A stretch of 64,000 bases of DNA from Eledone cirrhosa (taxonomy: Eukaryota). The position numbers and the translations under genes are program-made. Numbering within the stretch: position 1 is the stretch's first letter; every line of letters begins with the position of its first letter. Below are positions 26,470 to 40,320 of this stretch, in pieces. Under the pieces are notes generated by a model, which was not told the origin of the DNA, searched no databases, and saw nothing but the letters and a program-made list of their open reading frames with translations. The DNA is taken from NCBI GenBank assembly GCA_964016885.1, contig OZ024763.1, forward strand, positions 496,001 to 560,000, read 5' to 3'.

Positions 26470-26765
26470 TTGTCTCTCTCTCTCTCTCTTTGTCTCTCTC
26501 TCTCTCTCTCCTCTCTCTTTGTCTCTCTCTCTCCTCTCTCTTTGTCTCTCTCTCCCTCTCTTTTTGTCTCTCTCTCCCCCTCTCTCTCTCCTCTCTCTGT
26601 GTCCCCCCTCTCTTTGTCTCTCTCTCCCCTCTCTCTTTCTTTCTCTCTATTTTTCTCTTTCTGTTCTCATTCTTTCTCCCTTGCCGTTTTCTCTTTCTCT
26701 TTATCTTTCTCCTCTTTCTTTCTCTCTTTTTCTCTTTCTCTCTCTCTCTCTTTCCCTCTTCTCTC
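23650..26765. repeat. CT-rich low-complexity and compound microsatellites
   Basis: (CT)n, CCTTCACTCAT units (24800-25255) and CTCTCTTTGTCTCT units (25790-26640), with short unique interruptions. Confidence 0.85.
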
Positions 26766-27489
26766 ATCATTTAACCCCCACTCTCCGTTATCAAGGGTTT
26801 ACAGGTCTTCACAGACGAAGTCTGTACTGAAGCAGGGCTACTAAACCCCCCAGACTGGCCAGGGTTTCTCTGCATCTTACATAAGTACTCACGTTATAGC
26901 AAGTTAAATTTATTATGGCACCAGCACAGGAGAGGTTGTCAAGCCTTTGACACGACTGAAGGGTCCACCCAACCCTTTGTTTAGCAAGTTTTTTTTAAGG
27001 CCGGATGCCCTTCCGAACACCAACCACCTTACAGCATGTTCTAGGTGCTTTTATTGTGTAAATCCGACATGTCAAACATGCGGCCCTTTTACAAGTACAC
27101 CTGCGGCCCTTTTACAAGTACACCTGCGGCCCTTTTACAAGTACACCTGCGGCCCTTTTACAATCACACCTGCGGCCCTTTTACAAGTACACCTGCGGCC
27201 AGCACAAATGTGTTTACAGCGTGAGCATGTCTTATCTTCATAATATAAAATAAAAAAAAAGTTAGCTGTAATGTGTGCAATAAGTTGTCGTGTGTGACCG
27301 TCAGACAACACCACATATCAGACCCATGTGGCTCTCGCGGCCTCCTCAGTTTGACATGCCTGGTGTAGATCACCACTAGAGTGGCTGTCATGCCCTTGAC
27401 ACAACAGCAGGGTCCACCCAACCTTTTGTTTGGGTGTGTAACTTAGTAACTTAGTTACAGGACCTACAAAACCTCAGTGAAAAATATCT

Positions 27490-28500
27490 GGTGGTGGTGG
27501 TGGTGGTGGTGTTGGTGTTGGTGGTGGTGATGGGTGTGGTGGTGATGGTGGTGTGGTGATGGTGGTGGGTGTGTTGGTGTGGTGCTGATCGTGTTGCTAG
27601 AGGGGGTTTAGTGTTGGTGGTAGTGGTGAGGCGTGTTGGTGGTGGTGGTGTTGCTGGTGGTGGTGTAGTATAACAACAGTGATGGTGTTGGTGGTGGTGG
27701 TGGTATGGTGATGGTGTTGGTGATGGTGGTGGTATGGTGATGGTGTAGTATAACAACAGTGATGGTGTTGGTGTTGGTGGTGGTGGTATGGTGATGGTGT
27801 TGGTGGTGGTGGTATGGTGATGGTGTTGGTGGTGGTGGTATGGTGATGGTGTTAGTGGTGTTGGTGGTGGTATGGTGATGGTGTTGGTGGTGGTATGGTG
27901 TTGGTGTTAGTGGTGGTGGTATGGTGATGGTGTTGGTGGTGGTGGTATGGTGATGGTGTTAGTGGTGGTGGTATGGTGATGGTGTTGGTGGTGGTATGGT
28001 GATGGTGTTGGTGGTGGTATGGTGTTGGTGTTGGTGGTGGTATGGTGATGGTGTTGGTGGTGGTGGTGGTATGGTGATGGTGTAGTATAACAACAATGAT
28101 GGTGTTGGTGGTGGTGTGATGGTGATGGTGTTGGTGGTGGTGGTATGGTGATGGTGTTGGTGGTGGTGGTATGGTGATGGTGTTAGTGGTGGTGGTATGG
28201 TGATGGTGTTAGTGGTGGTGGTATGGTGATGGTGTAGTATAACAACAGCGTTGGTGGTGGTAGTATGGTGATGGTGTTAGTGGTGGTGGTATGGTGATGG
28301 TGTAGTATAACAACAACGTTGGTGGTGGTGGTATGGTGATGGTGTTAGTGGTGGTGGTATGGTGATGGTGTTAGTGGTGGTGGTATGGTGATGGTGTTAG
28401 TGGTGGTGGTATGGTGTTGGTGGTGGTGGTGGTATGGTGATGGTGTTGGTGGTGGTGGTATGGTGATGGTGGTGGTGGTGGTGTGGTGATGGTGTAGTAT
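27490..28500. repeat. (GGT)n-derived repeat
   Basis: GGTATGGTGATGGTGTT units with recurring GTAGTATAACAACA. Confidence 0.9.
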
Positions 28501-29964
28501 AACAACAGCAGCGACAGCGGAAATGGTTTCTACTGGAGTTTGTAAGCCTTTATTGATTAGGAAGTGGCCATGTAACAGAAGTAAGCCGTGTGTTGTTGCC
28601 CTGTGGTAGACCAGGGGGAGAGGTAGGGTGAGAGAGAGAGAGAGAGAGAGAGGGGTAGACCAGCTGTGAGGGAGAGGTAGGGTGGGAGAGACAGAGAGAT
28701 GATGGGAATATGTCACCTCGTGCACGTGTGCAGCTACATACACACAGGCACACACACATATATATACATATATATATATATGTGCACATATGCATACACA
28801 CACATGTATATGTACATACATATATATATATATATTAATATATTACTTTACATGCATACATGCACACACGCACACAGATGTATGTGTGTGTATATATATG
28901 TATATATTTGCACACACCTATACTCACACACAGATATATATATATATATACATACATGCATCACACCTAAACTCACACACACACACACTTTCACCCACAC
29001 ATACACACACACACACTTACACACACACACTTACACCCACACTTACACACACACTTACACACACACACTTACACACACACTTACACACACACATACATAG
29101 TTACACCAGCAAACACACATACAGACAGTTTCAGTCAATATAGAAATCTATCTGTCTAAGTGTCTCTCTCTCTTTCCCTTACTTTCCTCACTCTATCTCT
29201 CTCTTCACACTCTCCCTCTCTCTTTTCTCTCCCTCTCTCTCTTCTCTCTCTCCTCACTCTCTCTCCTCTCTCTCCTCACTCTCTCTCTCCTCTCTCGCCT
29301 CACTCTCTCTCCTCTCTCTCTCTCTCTCTTCTCTCTCTCCCTTCTCTCTCTCTTCTCTTTCTCTCCTCTCTCCCTTCTCTTTCTCTCTCTCTTTCCCTTC
29401 TCTTTCTCTCTCTCTTTCCCTCTTCTCTCTCTCTTTCCCTCTTCTCTCTCTCTCTCCTCTCTGTCATACACATACACTCTTATACACACATTCTACACAT
29501 TTATACACACATACACACAATTGTATGTACTACATTTGATCATAATAATAGGTTTACTCTGATCAGGGACTGCCTGGGGTTAAACAAGGCTATATATGTA
29601 TGTGTATGTGTGAGATTGTGTGTGTGTATCTGTATATGTGTGTGTTTGTGTCTGTGTGTGCAGATTAGATTTCCAAACTTGGCATAACCATAATCTCATT
29701 TGTGTGTGTGTATGTGTCTTTGTGTGTGTATGTGTCTTTGTCTATGTGTGTATGTGTCTGTGTGTGTTTGGTGTATATTGTATGTATGTTATCTTGGCAT
29801 TAAACATGAGAGTACAAGACACCCCTCCCCCGTACCGGGTTAAAGTCTATTTTAAGCCAGGATGTTCATTAGGCCAGAGTTTATTCCGGTTTCCATAGCG
29901 ATAAACGACTGAGAGTTACAAGACTCCCTCCCCCCTGGACAGGACACCAGTCCATCACAGGGTT

Positions 29965-30243
29965 AAAGTCTCTCTTGAGCCTGGAGGCTATTCAGGCCGG
30001 TGTTTATCCGAGTTTCATGGCATGAAGCGACTGAGAGTATAAGACTCCCCCTGGACAGGACGCCAATCCATCGCAGGATTTAACCCCCGGCTATTACTGG
30101 TACTCATGTTCAGCTGAGTATACTGAAGCAATGTGAAATGAAGTGTTTTGCTGAAGAACACAACACACAACCCTGTCCAGGAATCGAACCCATGACATTA
30201 TGATCCTAAGCCCAACACCCTTCCCACTTGGGTACACACCTCC
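29965..30243 (-). mobile_element. tRNA-derived SINE family C
   Basis: Minus-strand head with GGTTCGATTCC B box. Partial tandem duplications of its 3' part lie at 29805-29968. Confidence 0.8.
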
Positions 30244-30345
30244 ACTCAGGTCTCATAACCCTATGTCTTAATAAAGTTCTTAGCAGAAACACACCACAGT
30301 CGTGCATACTATTAGTAGCTCTGTGTCTATATATGTATGTGTGTG

Positions 30346-30380
<35 letters not shown>

Positions 30381-30452
30381 ATAACTTTGATAGGTTTCGG
30401 CCTGTATTGGCCCAGGTCATGTCTAACTTAATAACACCACCTGTGTATATTT

Positions 30453-30522
<70 letters not shown>

Positions 30523-30529
30523 TAATATA

Positions 30530-30684
30530 TAAGATGGTTAAAAGAGTTCCATGTATTTTATTATGCGCATTTGCGTTTTCGTCAGATAAAATAGGGAGAC
30601 ATGATATGAAGGTTAAAACACACTTGTGAATAGTGCAGTTTTAAATCAACATATCATTGTACTACAATAAAACTCACTTCCTAC
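30530..30684. mobile_element. internally deleted copy of the 18424-18825 element
   Basis: Left arm with collapsed stem II (minus CTGACGA-AAACGC-AAAT-GCGC-ATA), the spacer TTTTAAATCAAC, then the terminal tail. Confidence 0.8.
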
Positions 30685-30889
30685 ATATATAAGACCTAAC
30701 CAACAACCAACAACTTAATTTATAAAATAAATTTTTTTTAAGAAAAAACATTTTTTCTAATCCGGAAAAAAATTCTTTTTGGATTTTGTGAAGAAAATAA
30801 ATTTGTTGAAAGCACAAGTGAAGCCATTTTTTTCTTTCCCCCCCCCCCCCCTGTCTTAATATATATATATATATATATATATAATTCTA

Positions 30890-30925
30890 TCTTCTGATGA
30901 AACACTAGTGTCCGAAACGTTAAGA
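30890..30925 (+). ncRNA. minimal hammerhead motif
   Basis: TCTT-CTGATGA-AACAC-TAGT-GTCC-GAAAC-GTT-AAGA. A paralogous half at 12974-12997 (-) has an intact GGAC/GTCC stem II. Confidence 0.65.
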
Positions 30926-31098
30926 CCCTCTTCCTACTATTTCAAGTGTTAAACTATAATAAACAACACAATATAATTATTCCATTGTTTATTACATAAT
31001 TAAATAGCTCTGTACAATACATAGAGCACTCTTCTTTGCTTTACCTTTTTTACGGAAATATTTAACACACACACACACACACACATATATATATGGGG

Positions 31099-31285
31099 AA
31101 AAGTATGACCCCGACGGCAGAGCTCAAGCCGTTTTGACGGCTATTTCTGGACTGAAATAGCCGTCGAAACGGCTTGAGCTCTGCCGTCGGGGTCATACTT
31201 TTTTCCTAATTCCCACTCTACTACCCTAAGTATTGAGTACTCTGGTGCGTTATGGTCCATCTGGTTCCTTACCACAATTCCTTTG

Positions 31286-31287
<2 letters not shown>
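31099..31287 (+). mobile_element. fold-back element centred on hammerhead stem II
   Basis: Arms at 31099-31147 and 31154-31202. GACGGCTATTTC-TGGACT-GAAATAGCCGTC-GAAAC-GGC-TTGAGCTCT-GCC-GTC. Confidence 0.8.
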
Positions 31288-31321
<34 letters not shown>

Positions 31322-31324
<3 letters not shown>

Positions 31325-31660
31325 AAAGTTCTATTTAAAATTGTTGGGATACAACAAGTAAATATTTTTATAACAGATATAAAGCACTCGACAAGTATTT
31401 GGAGTAGATATACGATATTAACAAATGGAAACTATATTTATAAAACCATATTTATTTCATTATACATATTTCAAGGATACCAAGTTAAATTATGGTAAAA
31501 GTAACGGTCGCATTTTGAAAGTACGTCAATATTTATTTATAAAACTGGTATATATTGTATTTTGTCTGATGAAAGCGCACCATAATTTAACTTGGTATCC
31601 TTGAAATATGTATAATGAAATAAATATGGTTTTATAAATATAGTTTCCATTTGTTAATAT

Positions 31661-31711
<51 letters not shown>

Positions 31712-31880
31712 GATATTAAACAAATGGAAACTATATTTATAAAACCATATTTATTTCATTATACATATTTCAGGGATATCATATTAAAAATATGGTATGC
31801 CTTCCTCAGACAAAATACAATATATAAACCGTTTTATAAATAAATTTGACATACCTTAAACAGTGCAACTTCCATTTAAA
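31322..31880. mobile_element. cluster of one hammerhead family in alternating orientation (+ 31558-31622, - 31752-31817, partial - 31452-31496)
   Basis: TATTTTGT-CTGAKGA...GAAAT-ATGT-ATA-ATGAAATA on both strands. Same family as 22320. Confidence 0.8.
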
Positions 31881-31970
<90 letters not shown>

Positions 31971-31973
<3 letters not shown>

Positions 31974-32142
31974 TAAAATAACAGATTAAAGTTTAAGCAA
32001 AGAATCGCTGCTTTCACCCTTAACGGGATTAAACTTTAATCTGTTATTTTAATAAATATTTGCTCTACGGTTCTTATATATTTGATATATATTTTCCTTA
32101 TCGAGCCCTCTTTGGATTTTAGTCTTCAATTTTATTATTAAT

Positions 32143-32146
<4 letters not shown>
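31971..32146 (+). mobile_element. fold-back element, partial hammerhead (family of 44721-44882)
   Basis: 26-bp arms TATTAAAATAACAGATTAAAGTTTAA. The interior reads minus CCC-GTTAA-GGGT-GAAAGCA..TGCTT. Confidence 0.7.
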
Positions 32147-32185
<39 letters not shown>

Positions 32186-32374
32186 TATATATATACACAT
32201 ATATATATATCCCGGCCAAATTTCCAGTACCGTCTGTTGAGCAAGGTAATATGGTGTTGCCAACCTTGTCAGACTTGCCTCATGACGTGGACAAGCTGTC
32301 TGATGCATGCAAGCATGGAAAATGGACGTTAAACTGTGATGATGATATATACATATGTGTATATATGTGTGTGT

Positions 32375-32446
<72 letters not shown>

Positions 32447-32562
32447 AATCGATGTTTATGTTCTTTTTCACCTCGTTCTGTGGCAACATTTTAGTCTGCA
32501 TTGATTGTATTACATTTCATATCACCAGCTGGAGGGGGGGGGGGGGGAGTTGTGTGTGTGTA

Positions 32563-32599
<37 letters not shown>

Positions 32600-32693
32600 G
32601 TGTGTGTGTATGTGTTTATGTATATATGCGTTTGCGTGTCTAAACCCATGCTAGCGTGGAAAAATGGACGTTAAACGGTGAAGATGATGATGA

Positions 32694-32769
<76 letters not shown>

Positions 32770-32869
32770 ACACACACACATCATCATCTTCACCGTTTAA
32801 CGTCCATATACACACACACACACACGCACACAGGTATATAAATAAATATATATATACATACACACATAC

Positions 32870-32908
<39 letters not shown>

Positions 32909-32931
32909 GTTCTCCCCCCACCGCCTCTCGT

Positions 32932-32997
<66 letters not shown>

Positions 32998-33189
32998 TAT
33001 ATATCGCGCTCTCTCTGTGTATATATATAGCTATATCTATATATTACAGTGATGACATTGTAAAGTAGACATTTGACAGAGGATATTGAGCTTATAATCA
33101 CCTGAACATAGGGATGTAATTAGCTACTATTGCGGAGCTAATGGTTGTGGTAATATATATAGAAAGACATACACACACACACATGTATA

Positions 33190-33238
<49 letters not shown>

Positions 33239-33298
33239 CTAATGGCTGTGGTAATATATATAGAAAGACATACACATACACATGTATATGTGTGTGTG

Positions 33299-33335
<37 letters not shown>

Positions 33336-33385
33336 CTAATGGCTGTGGTAATATATATAGAAAGACATACACACACACATGTATA

Positions 33386-33474
<89 letters not shown>

Positions 33475-33501
33475 AATAGTTGTGGTAATATATATAGACA
33501 C

Positions 33502-33539
<38 letters not shown>

Positions 33540-33611
33540 CTAATGACTGGTATATATATATGCACGTGTGTGTGTGTGTGTGTATATATATATGTGAAAG
33601 TGTCTGTCATC

Positions 33612-33662
<51 letters not shown>

Positions 33663-33772
33663 TACATGATGACAGACACTTTCACACGCACACATTCAGA
33701 GACACAGTCATATATATATGTAGACACATACTATATGTATATAGATACGTATGTGTGTGGTGTATGTGTATA

Positions 33773-33830
<58 letters not shown>

Positions 33831-34019
33831 TATAGGAAAGTAGTCAGGACCCCGACGGCTGAGCTCCGGCCGTTTCGATAGCTAGATCCGACTTGTACAC
33901 AACAGGCAGACATTGTTACTCTCTCTCTCACACACACGCATATTACACTGACAGGCGCGGACACACGTACACAGTCCGAGCTACACACGCTCACACTCAG
34001 ACAGTCACACGGACACACG

Positions 34020-35325
34020 TACATCACCACTACACTACAACACACATACACCACTACCACCACAACATACACCACCACTACAGCATACCACTACACCAAC
34101 TCTACAACTCAGAACCACGCTGCACTACACAACACTATACCGCCACTACAAACACACACCACCGCCATTACAACACACACACCACCACCACTACAACATA
34201 CACACCACCACCACTACAACATACACACCACTACACCACCACCACAACACATCACCACCGCTACAACAATTACACCACTACAACACTATACCGCCACTAC
34301 AACACACACACCACCACCACTACAACATACACACCACTACAACACTACACCACCGCTACAACAATTACACCCCAACACTATACCGCCACTACAACACACA
34401 CACCACTACCACTACAACATACACAACACTACACCACCACTACAACACCGCTACAACACTACACCACCACTACAACATACACACTACTACAACACTACAC
34501 CACCACTACAACACATCACCAACACTACAACACACACACCACCACCACTACAACATACACACCACTACAACACTACAACACCACTACAACACTACACCAC
34601 CACTACAACACTACACCACCACTACAACACTACACCACCACTACAATATTACACCACCACTACAACACTACACCACCACTACAACACTACACCACCACTA
34701 TAACGCTACACCACTACAACATACACACCACTACAACACTACACCACCACTACAACACCGCTACAACACTACAACACCGCTACAACACTACAACACTACA
34801 CCACCACTACAACACTACACCACCACTACAACACTACAACACCAATCTGTCTGTGTGTCCGTCCATGTTTCCGAGGGCCTATCTGTGTCTCTGTATGTTT
34901 GTGTCTGTGTGTCTGTGTGTCGCTCTGTGTGTGTGTGTCTGTGTGTCGCTCTGTGTGTGTGTGTCCGTGTATGTTTTTGTGTGTGTGTGTCTGTGTATGT
35001 TTCTGTGTGTGTGTGTCTGTGTAATATCTGTCCCCCCCCCCCTATACAGCCAGCCAACATCTAACTCCACACTACACTACACTACACTATACTATACTAC
35101 ACTACACTATACTACACTATACTACACTATACTACACTACACTACACTACACTACACTACACTACACTACACTACACTATACTATACTACACTACACTAC
35201 ACTACACTACACTACACTACACTACACTACACTACACTACACTATACTATACTATACTATACTACACTATACTATACTACACTATACTACTCTACACTAT
35301 ACTATCTATACAGCCAGCCAACATC
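34020..35325. repeat. CAC/CTA-rich simple repeats including (CACTA)n
   Basis: Visible directly. Confidence 0.85.
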
Positions 35326-35417
35326 TAACACAACACAACACCACACCACACTCTCCTATACTATACTATCTATACAGCCAGCCAGCCAGCATCTAACTCC
35401 ACACTATACATTACACA

Positions 35418-38400
35418 CTCTACTATAGTATATAGAACGGCAGCAGCCAGCCAACATCTAACCCCACACCACACTATGCCACACTCTACTATAGTATAGA
35501 ACGGCAGCAGCCAGCCAACATCTAACTCCACACCACACTATGCCACACTCTACTATAGTATATAGAACGGCAACAGCCAGCCAACATCTAACTCCACACC
35601 ACACTATGCCACACTCTACTATAGTATATAGAACGGCAGCAGCCAGTCAACATCTAACCCCACACCACACTATGCCACACTCTACTATAGTATATAGAAC
35701 GGCAACAGCCAGCCAACATCTAACTCCACACCACACTATGCCACACTCTACTATAGTATATAGAACGGCAACAGCCAGCCAACATCTAACTCCACACCAC
35801 ACTATGCCACACTCTACTATAGTATATAGAACGGCAACAGCCAGCCAACATCTAACTCCACACCACACTATGCCACACTCTACTATAGTATATAGAACGG
35901 CAGCAGCCAGCCAACATCTAACCCCACACCACACTATGCCACACTCTACTATAGTATATAGAACGGCAGCAGCCAGCCAACATCTAACCCCACACCACAC
36001 TATGCCACACTCTACTATAGTATATAGAACGGCAGCAGCCAGCCAACATCTAACTCCACACCACACTATGCCACACTCTACTATAGTATATAGAACGGCA
36101 ACAGCCAGCCAACATCTAACTCCACACCACACTATGCCACACTCTACTATAGTATATAGAACGGCAACAGCCAGCCAACATCTAACTCCACACCACACTA
36201 TGCCACACTCTACTATAGTATATAGAACGGCAGCAGCCAGCCAACATCTAACCCCACACCACACTATGCCACACTCTACTATAGTATATAGAACGGCAGC
36301 AGCCAGCCAACATCTAACCCCACACCACACTATGCCACACTCTACTATAGTATATAGAACGGCAGCAGCCAGCCAACATCTAACCCCACACCACACTATG
36401 CCACACTCTACTATAGTATAGAACGGCAGCAGCCAGCCAACATCTAACCCCACACCACACTATGCCACACTCTACTATAGTATATAGAACGGCAGCAGCC
36501 TGCCAACATCTAACTCCACACCACACTATGCCACACTCTACTATAGTATATAGAACGGCAGCAGCCAGCCAACATGTAACTCCACACCACACTATGCCAC
36601 ACTCTACTATAGTATATAGAACGGCAGCAGCCTGCCAACATCTAACTCCACACCACACTATGCCACACTCTACTATAGTATATAGAACGGCAGCAGCCAG
36701 CCAACATCTAACCCCACACCACACTATGCCACACTCTACTATAGTATAGAACGGCAGCAGCCAGCCAACATCTAACCCCACACCACACTATGCCACACTC
36801 TACTATAGTATATAGAACGGCAGCAGCCAGCCAACATCTAACCCCACACCACACTATGCCACACTCTACTATAGTATATAGAACGGCAGCAGCCAGCCAA
36901 CATCTAACTCCACACCACACTATGCCACACTCTACTATAGTATAGAACGGCAGCAGCCAGCCAACATCTAACCCCACACCACACTATGCCACACTCTACT
37001 ATAGTATATAGAACGGCAGCAGCCAGCCAACATGTAACTCCACACCACACTATGCCACACTCTACTATAGTATATAGAACGGCAGCAGCCAGCCAACATC
37101 TAACTCCACACCACACTATGCCACACTCTACTATAGTATATAGAACGGCAGCAGCCAGCCAACATCTAACCCCACACCACACTATGCCACACTCTACTAT
37201 AGTATATAGAATGGCAGCAGCCAGTCAACATCTAACCCCACACCACACTATGCCACACTCTACTATAGTATATAGAATGGCAGCAGCCAGTCAACATCTA
37301 ACCCCACACCACACTATGCCACACTCTACTATAGTATATAGAATGGCAGCAGCCAGTCAACATCTAACCCCACACCACACTATGCCACACTCTACTATAG
37401 TATATAGAATGGCAGCAGCCAGTCAACATCTAACCCCACACCACACTATGCCACACTCTACTATAGTATATAGAATGGCAGCAGCCAGCCAACATCTAAC
37501 TCCACACCACACTATGCCACACTCTACTATAGTATATAGAACGGCAGCAGCCAGCCAACATCTAACCCCACACCACACTATGCCACACTCTACTATAGTA
37601 TATAGAATGGCAGCAGCCAGTCAACATCTAACCCCACACCACACTATGCCACACTCTACTATAGTATATAGAATGGCAGCAGCCAGTCAACATCTAACCC
37701 CACACCACACTATGCCACACTCTACTATAGTATATAGAATGGCAGCAGCCAGTCAACATCTAACCCCACACCACACTATGCCACACTCTACTATAGTATA
37801 TAGAATGGCAGCAGCCAGTCAACATCTAACCCCACACCACACTATGCCACACTCTACTATAGTATATAGAATGGCAGCAGCCAGTCAACATCTAACCCCA
37901 CACCACACTATGCCACACTCTACTATAGTATATAGAACGGCAGCTGCCAGCCAACATCTAACCACACACCACACTATGCCACACTCTACTATAGTATATA
38001 GAACGGCAGCTGCCAGCCAACATCTAACCCCACACCACACTATGCCACACTCTACTATAGTATATAGAACGGCAGCTGCCAGCCAACATCTAACTCCACT
38101 CCACACTATGCCACACTCTACTATAGTATATAGAACGGCAGCAGCCAGCCAACATCTAACCACACACCACACTATGCCACACTCTACTATAGTATATAGA
38201 ACGGCAGCTGCCAGCCAACATCTAACCACACACCACACTATGCCACACTCTACTATAGTATATAGAACGGCAGCAGCCAGCCAACATCTAACCACACACC
38301 ACACTATGCCACACTCTACTATAGTATATAGAACGGCAGCTGCCAGCCAACATCTAACCACACACCACACTATGCCACACTCTACTATAGTATATAGAAC

Positions 38401-38685
38401 GGCAGCAGCCAGCCAACATCTAACCACACACCACACTATGCCACACTCTACTATAGTATATAGAACGGCAGCTGCCAGCCAACATCTAACCACACACCAC
38501 ACTATGCCACACTCTACTATAGTATATAGAACGGCAGCAGCCAGCCAACATCTAACCACACACCACACTATGCCACACTCTACTATAGTATATAGAACGG
38601 CAGCAGCCAGCCAACATCTAACCACACACCACACTATGCCACACTCTACTATAGTATATAGAATGGCAGCAGCCAGCCAACATCT
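35418..38685. repeat. 66-bp satellite, ~49 copies
   Basis: Unit TATAGTATATAGAACGGCAGCAGCCAGCCAACATCTAACYCCACACCACACTATGCCACACTCTAC. It matches the 22-aa ORF periodicity. Confidence 0.97.
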
Positions 38686-38769
38686 GTTCCAATGTAAATC
38701 AATCACTTCCTAGCCTTTTGTACCTGCAATAAACACCTCATCTATTGGGCTGTTAGCTTTAATTATCAG

Positions 38770-40320
38770 ACCATCAGTAATAACAACACCACCAGCAGTA
38801 GTAGCAGTAACACCACCACCACCAGCAGTAGTAGCAGTAGTAGCAGTAACAACACCACCAGCAGTAGCAGTAGCAGTACCACCAGTAGTAGCAGTAGTAA
38901 CAACATCACCTCCAGCAGTAGCAGCAGTAAACACCACCACCACCAGCAGTAGTAACAACATCGTCACCACCGCCATCAGCAGCACTAGTTACAATATCGT
39001 CACCACCATCAGCAGCAGTAATAACACCACCACCACCACCACCACCACCACCACCAGCAGTAGTAACAACATCGTCACCATCAGCAGCAGTAGTAAAAAC
39101 ATCGTCACCACCATCAGCAGCAGTAGTAACACCACCACCACCACCATCATCAGCAGTAGTAACACCACCACCACCATCAGCAGTAGTAACACCAACACCA
39201 GCAGCAGTAGTAACACCACCACCACCATCAGCAGTAGTAGTAGTAACAATATCGTCACCACCATCAGCAGTAGTAACACCACCACCACCAGCAGCAGTAG
39301 TAACACCACCACCACCATCAGCAGTAGTAACACCACCACCAGCAGTAGTAGTAACAATATCGTCACCACCATCAGCAATAGTAACACCACCACCACCATC
39401 AGCAGTAGTAACACCACCACCACCAGCAGCAGTAGTAACACCACCACCACCATCAGCAGTAGTAACACCACCACCAGCAGTAGTAGTAACAATATCGTCA
39501 CCACCATCAGCAGTAGTAACACCACCACCACCATCAGCAGTAGTAACACCACCACCACCATCAGCAGTAGTAACACCACCACCAGCAGCAGTAGTAACAC
39601 CACCACCACCACCATCAGCAGTAGTAACACCACCACCAGCAGTAGTAGTAACAATATCGTCACCACCATCAGCAGCAGTAGTAACACCACCACCACCACC
39701 AGCAGTAGTAACACCACCACCACCATCAGCAGTAGTAACACCATCACCAGCAGTAGTAGTAACAATATCGTCACCACCATCAGCAGTAGTAACACCACCA
39801 CCACCATCAGCAATAGTAACACCACCACCACCATCAGCAGTAGTAACACCACCACCAGCAGCAGTAGTAACACCACCACCACCATCAGCAGTAGTAGTAA
39901 CACCACCAGCAGTAGTAGTAACAATATCGTCACCACCATCAGCAGTAGTAACACCACCACCACCATCAGCAGTAGTAACACCACCACCACCATCAGCAGT
40001 AGTAACACCACCACCACCATCAGCAGTAGTAACACCACCACAAGCAGTAGTAGTAACAATATCGTCACCACCATCAGCAGTAGTAACACCACCACCACCA
40101 TCAGCAGTAGTAACACCACCACCACCATCAGCAGTAGTAACACTACCACCACCACCATCAGCAGTAGTAACACCACCACCAGCAGTAGTAACACCACCAC
40201 CACCACCAGCAGTAGTAACACCATCACCAGCAGTAGTAGTAACAATATCGTCACCACTATCAGCAGCAGTAGTAACAACAACACCACCATCACCAGCACT
40301 ATCAGCAGCAGTCACACCAC
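38770..40320. repeat. trinucleotide-derived minisatellite (CAGCAGTAGTAACACCACCACC)
   Basis: Visible directly. It explains the TTADGGGG ORF. Confidence 0.9.

Noticed and set aside
35540-40315. Repeat-protein-like ORFs (22-aa repeat, TTADGGGG)
   Set aside because: They arise from the 66-bp satellite and trinucleotide repeats, with frameshifting units and no splice or codon evidence.
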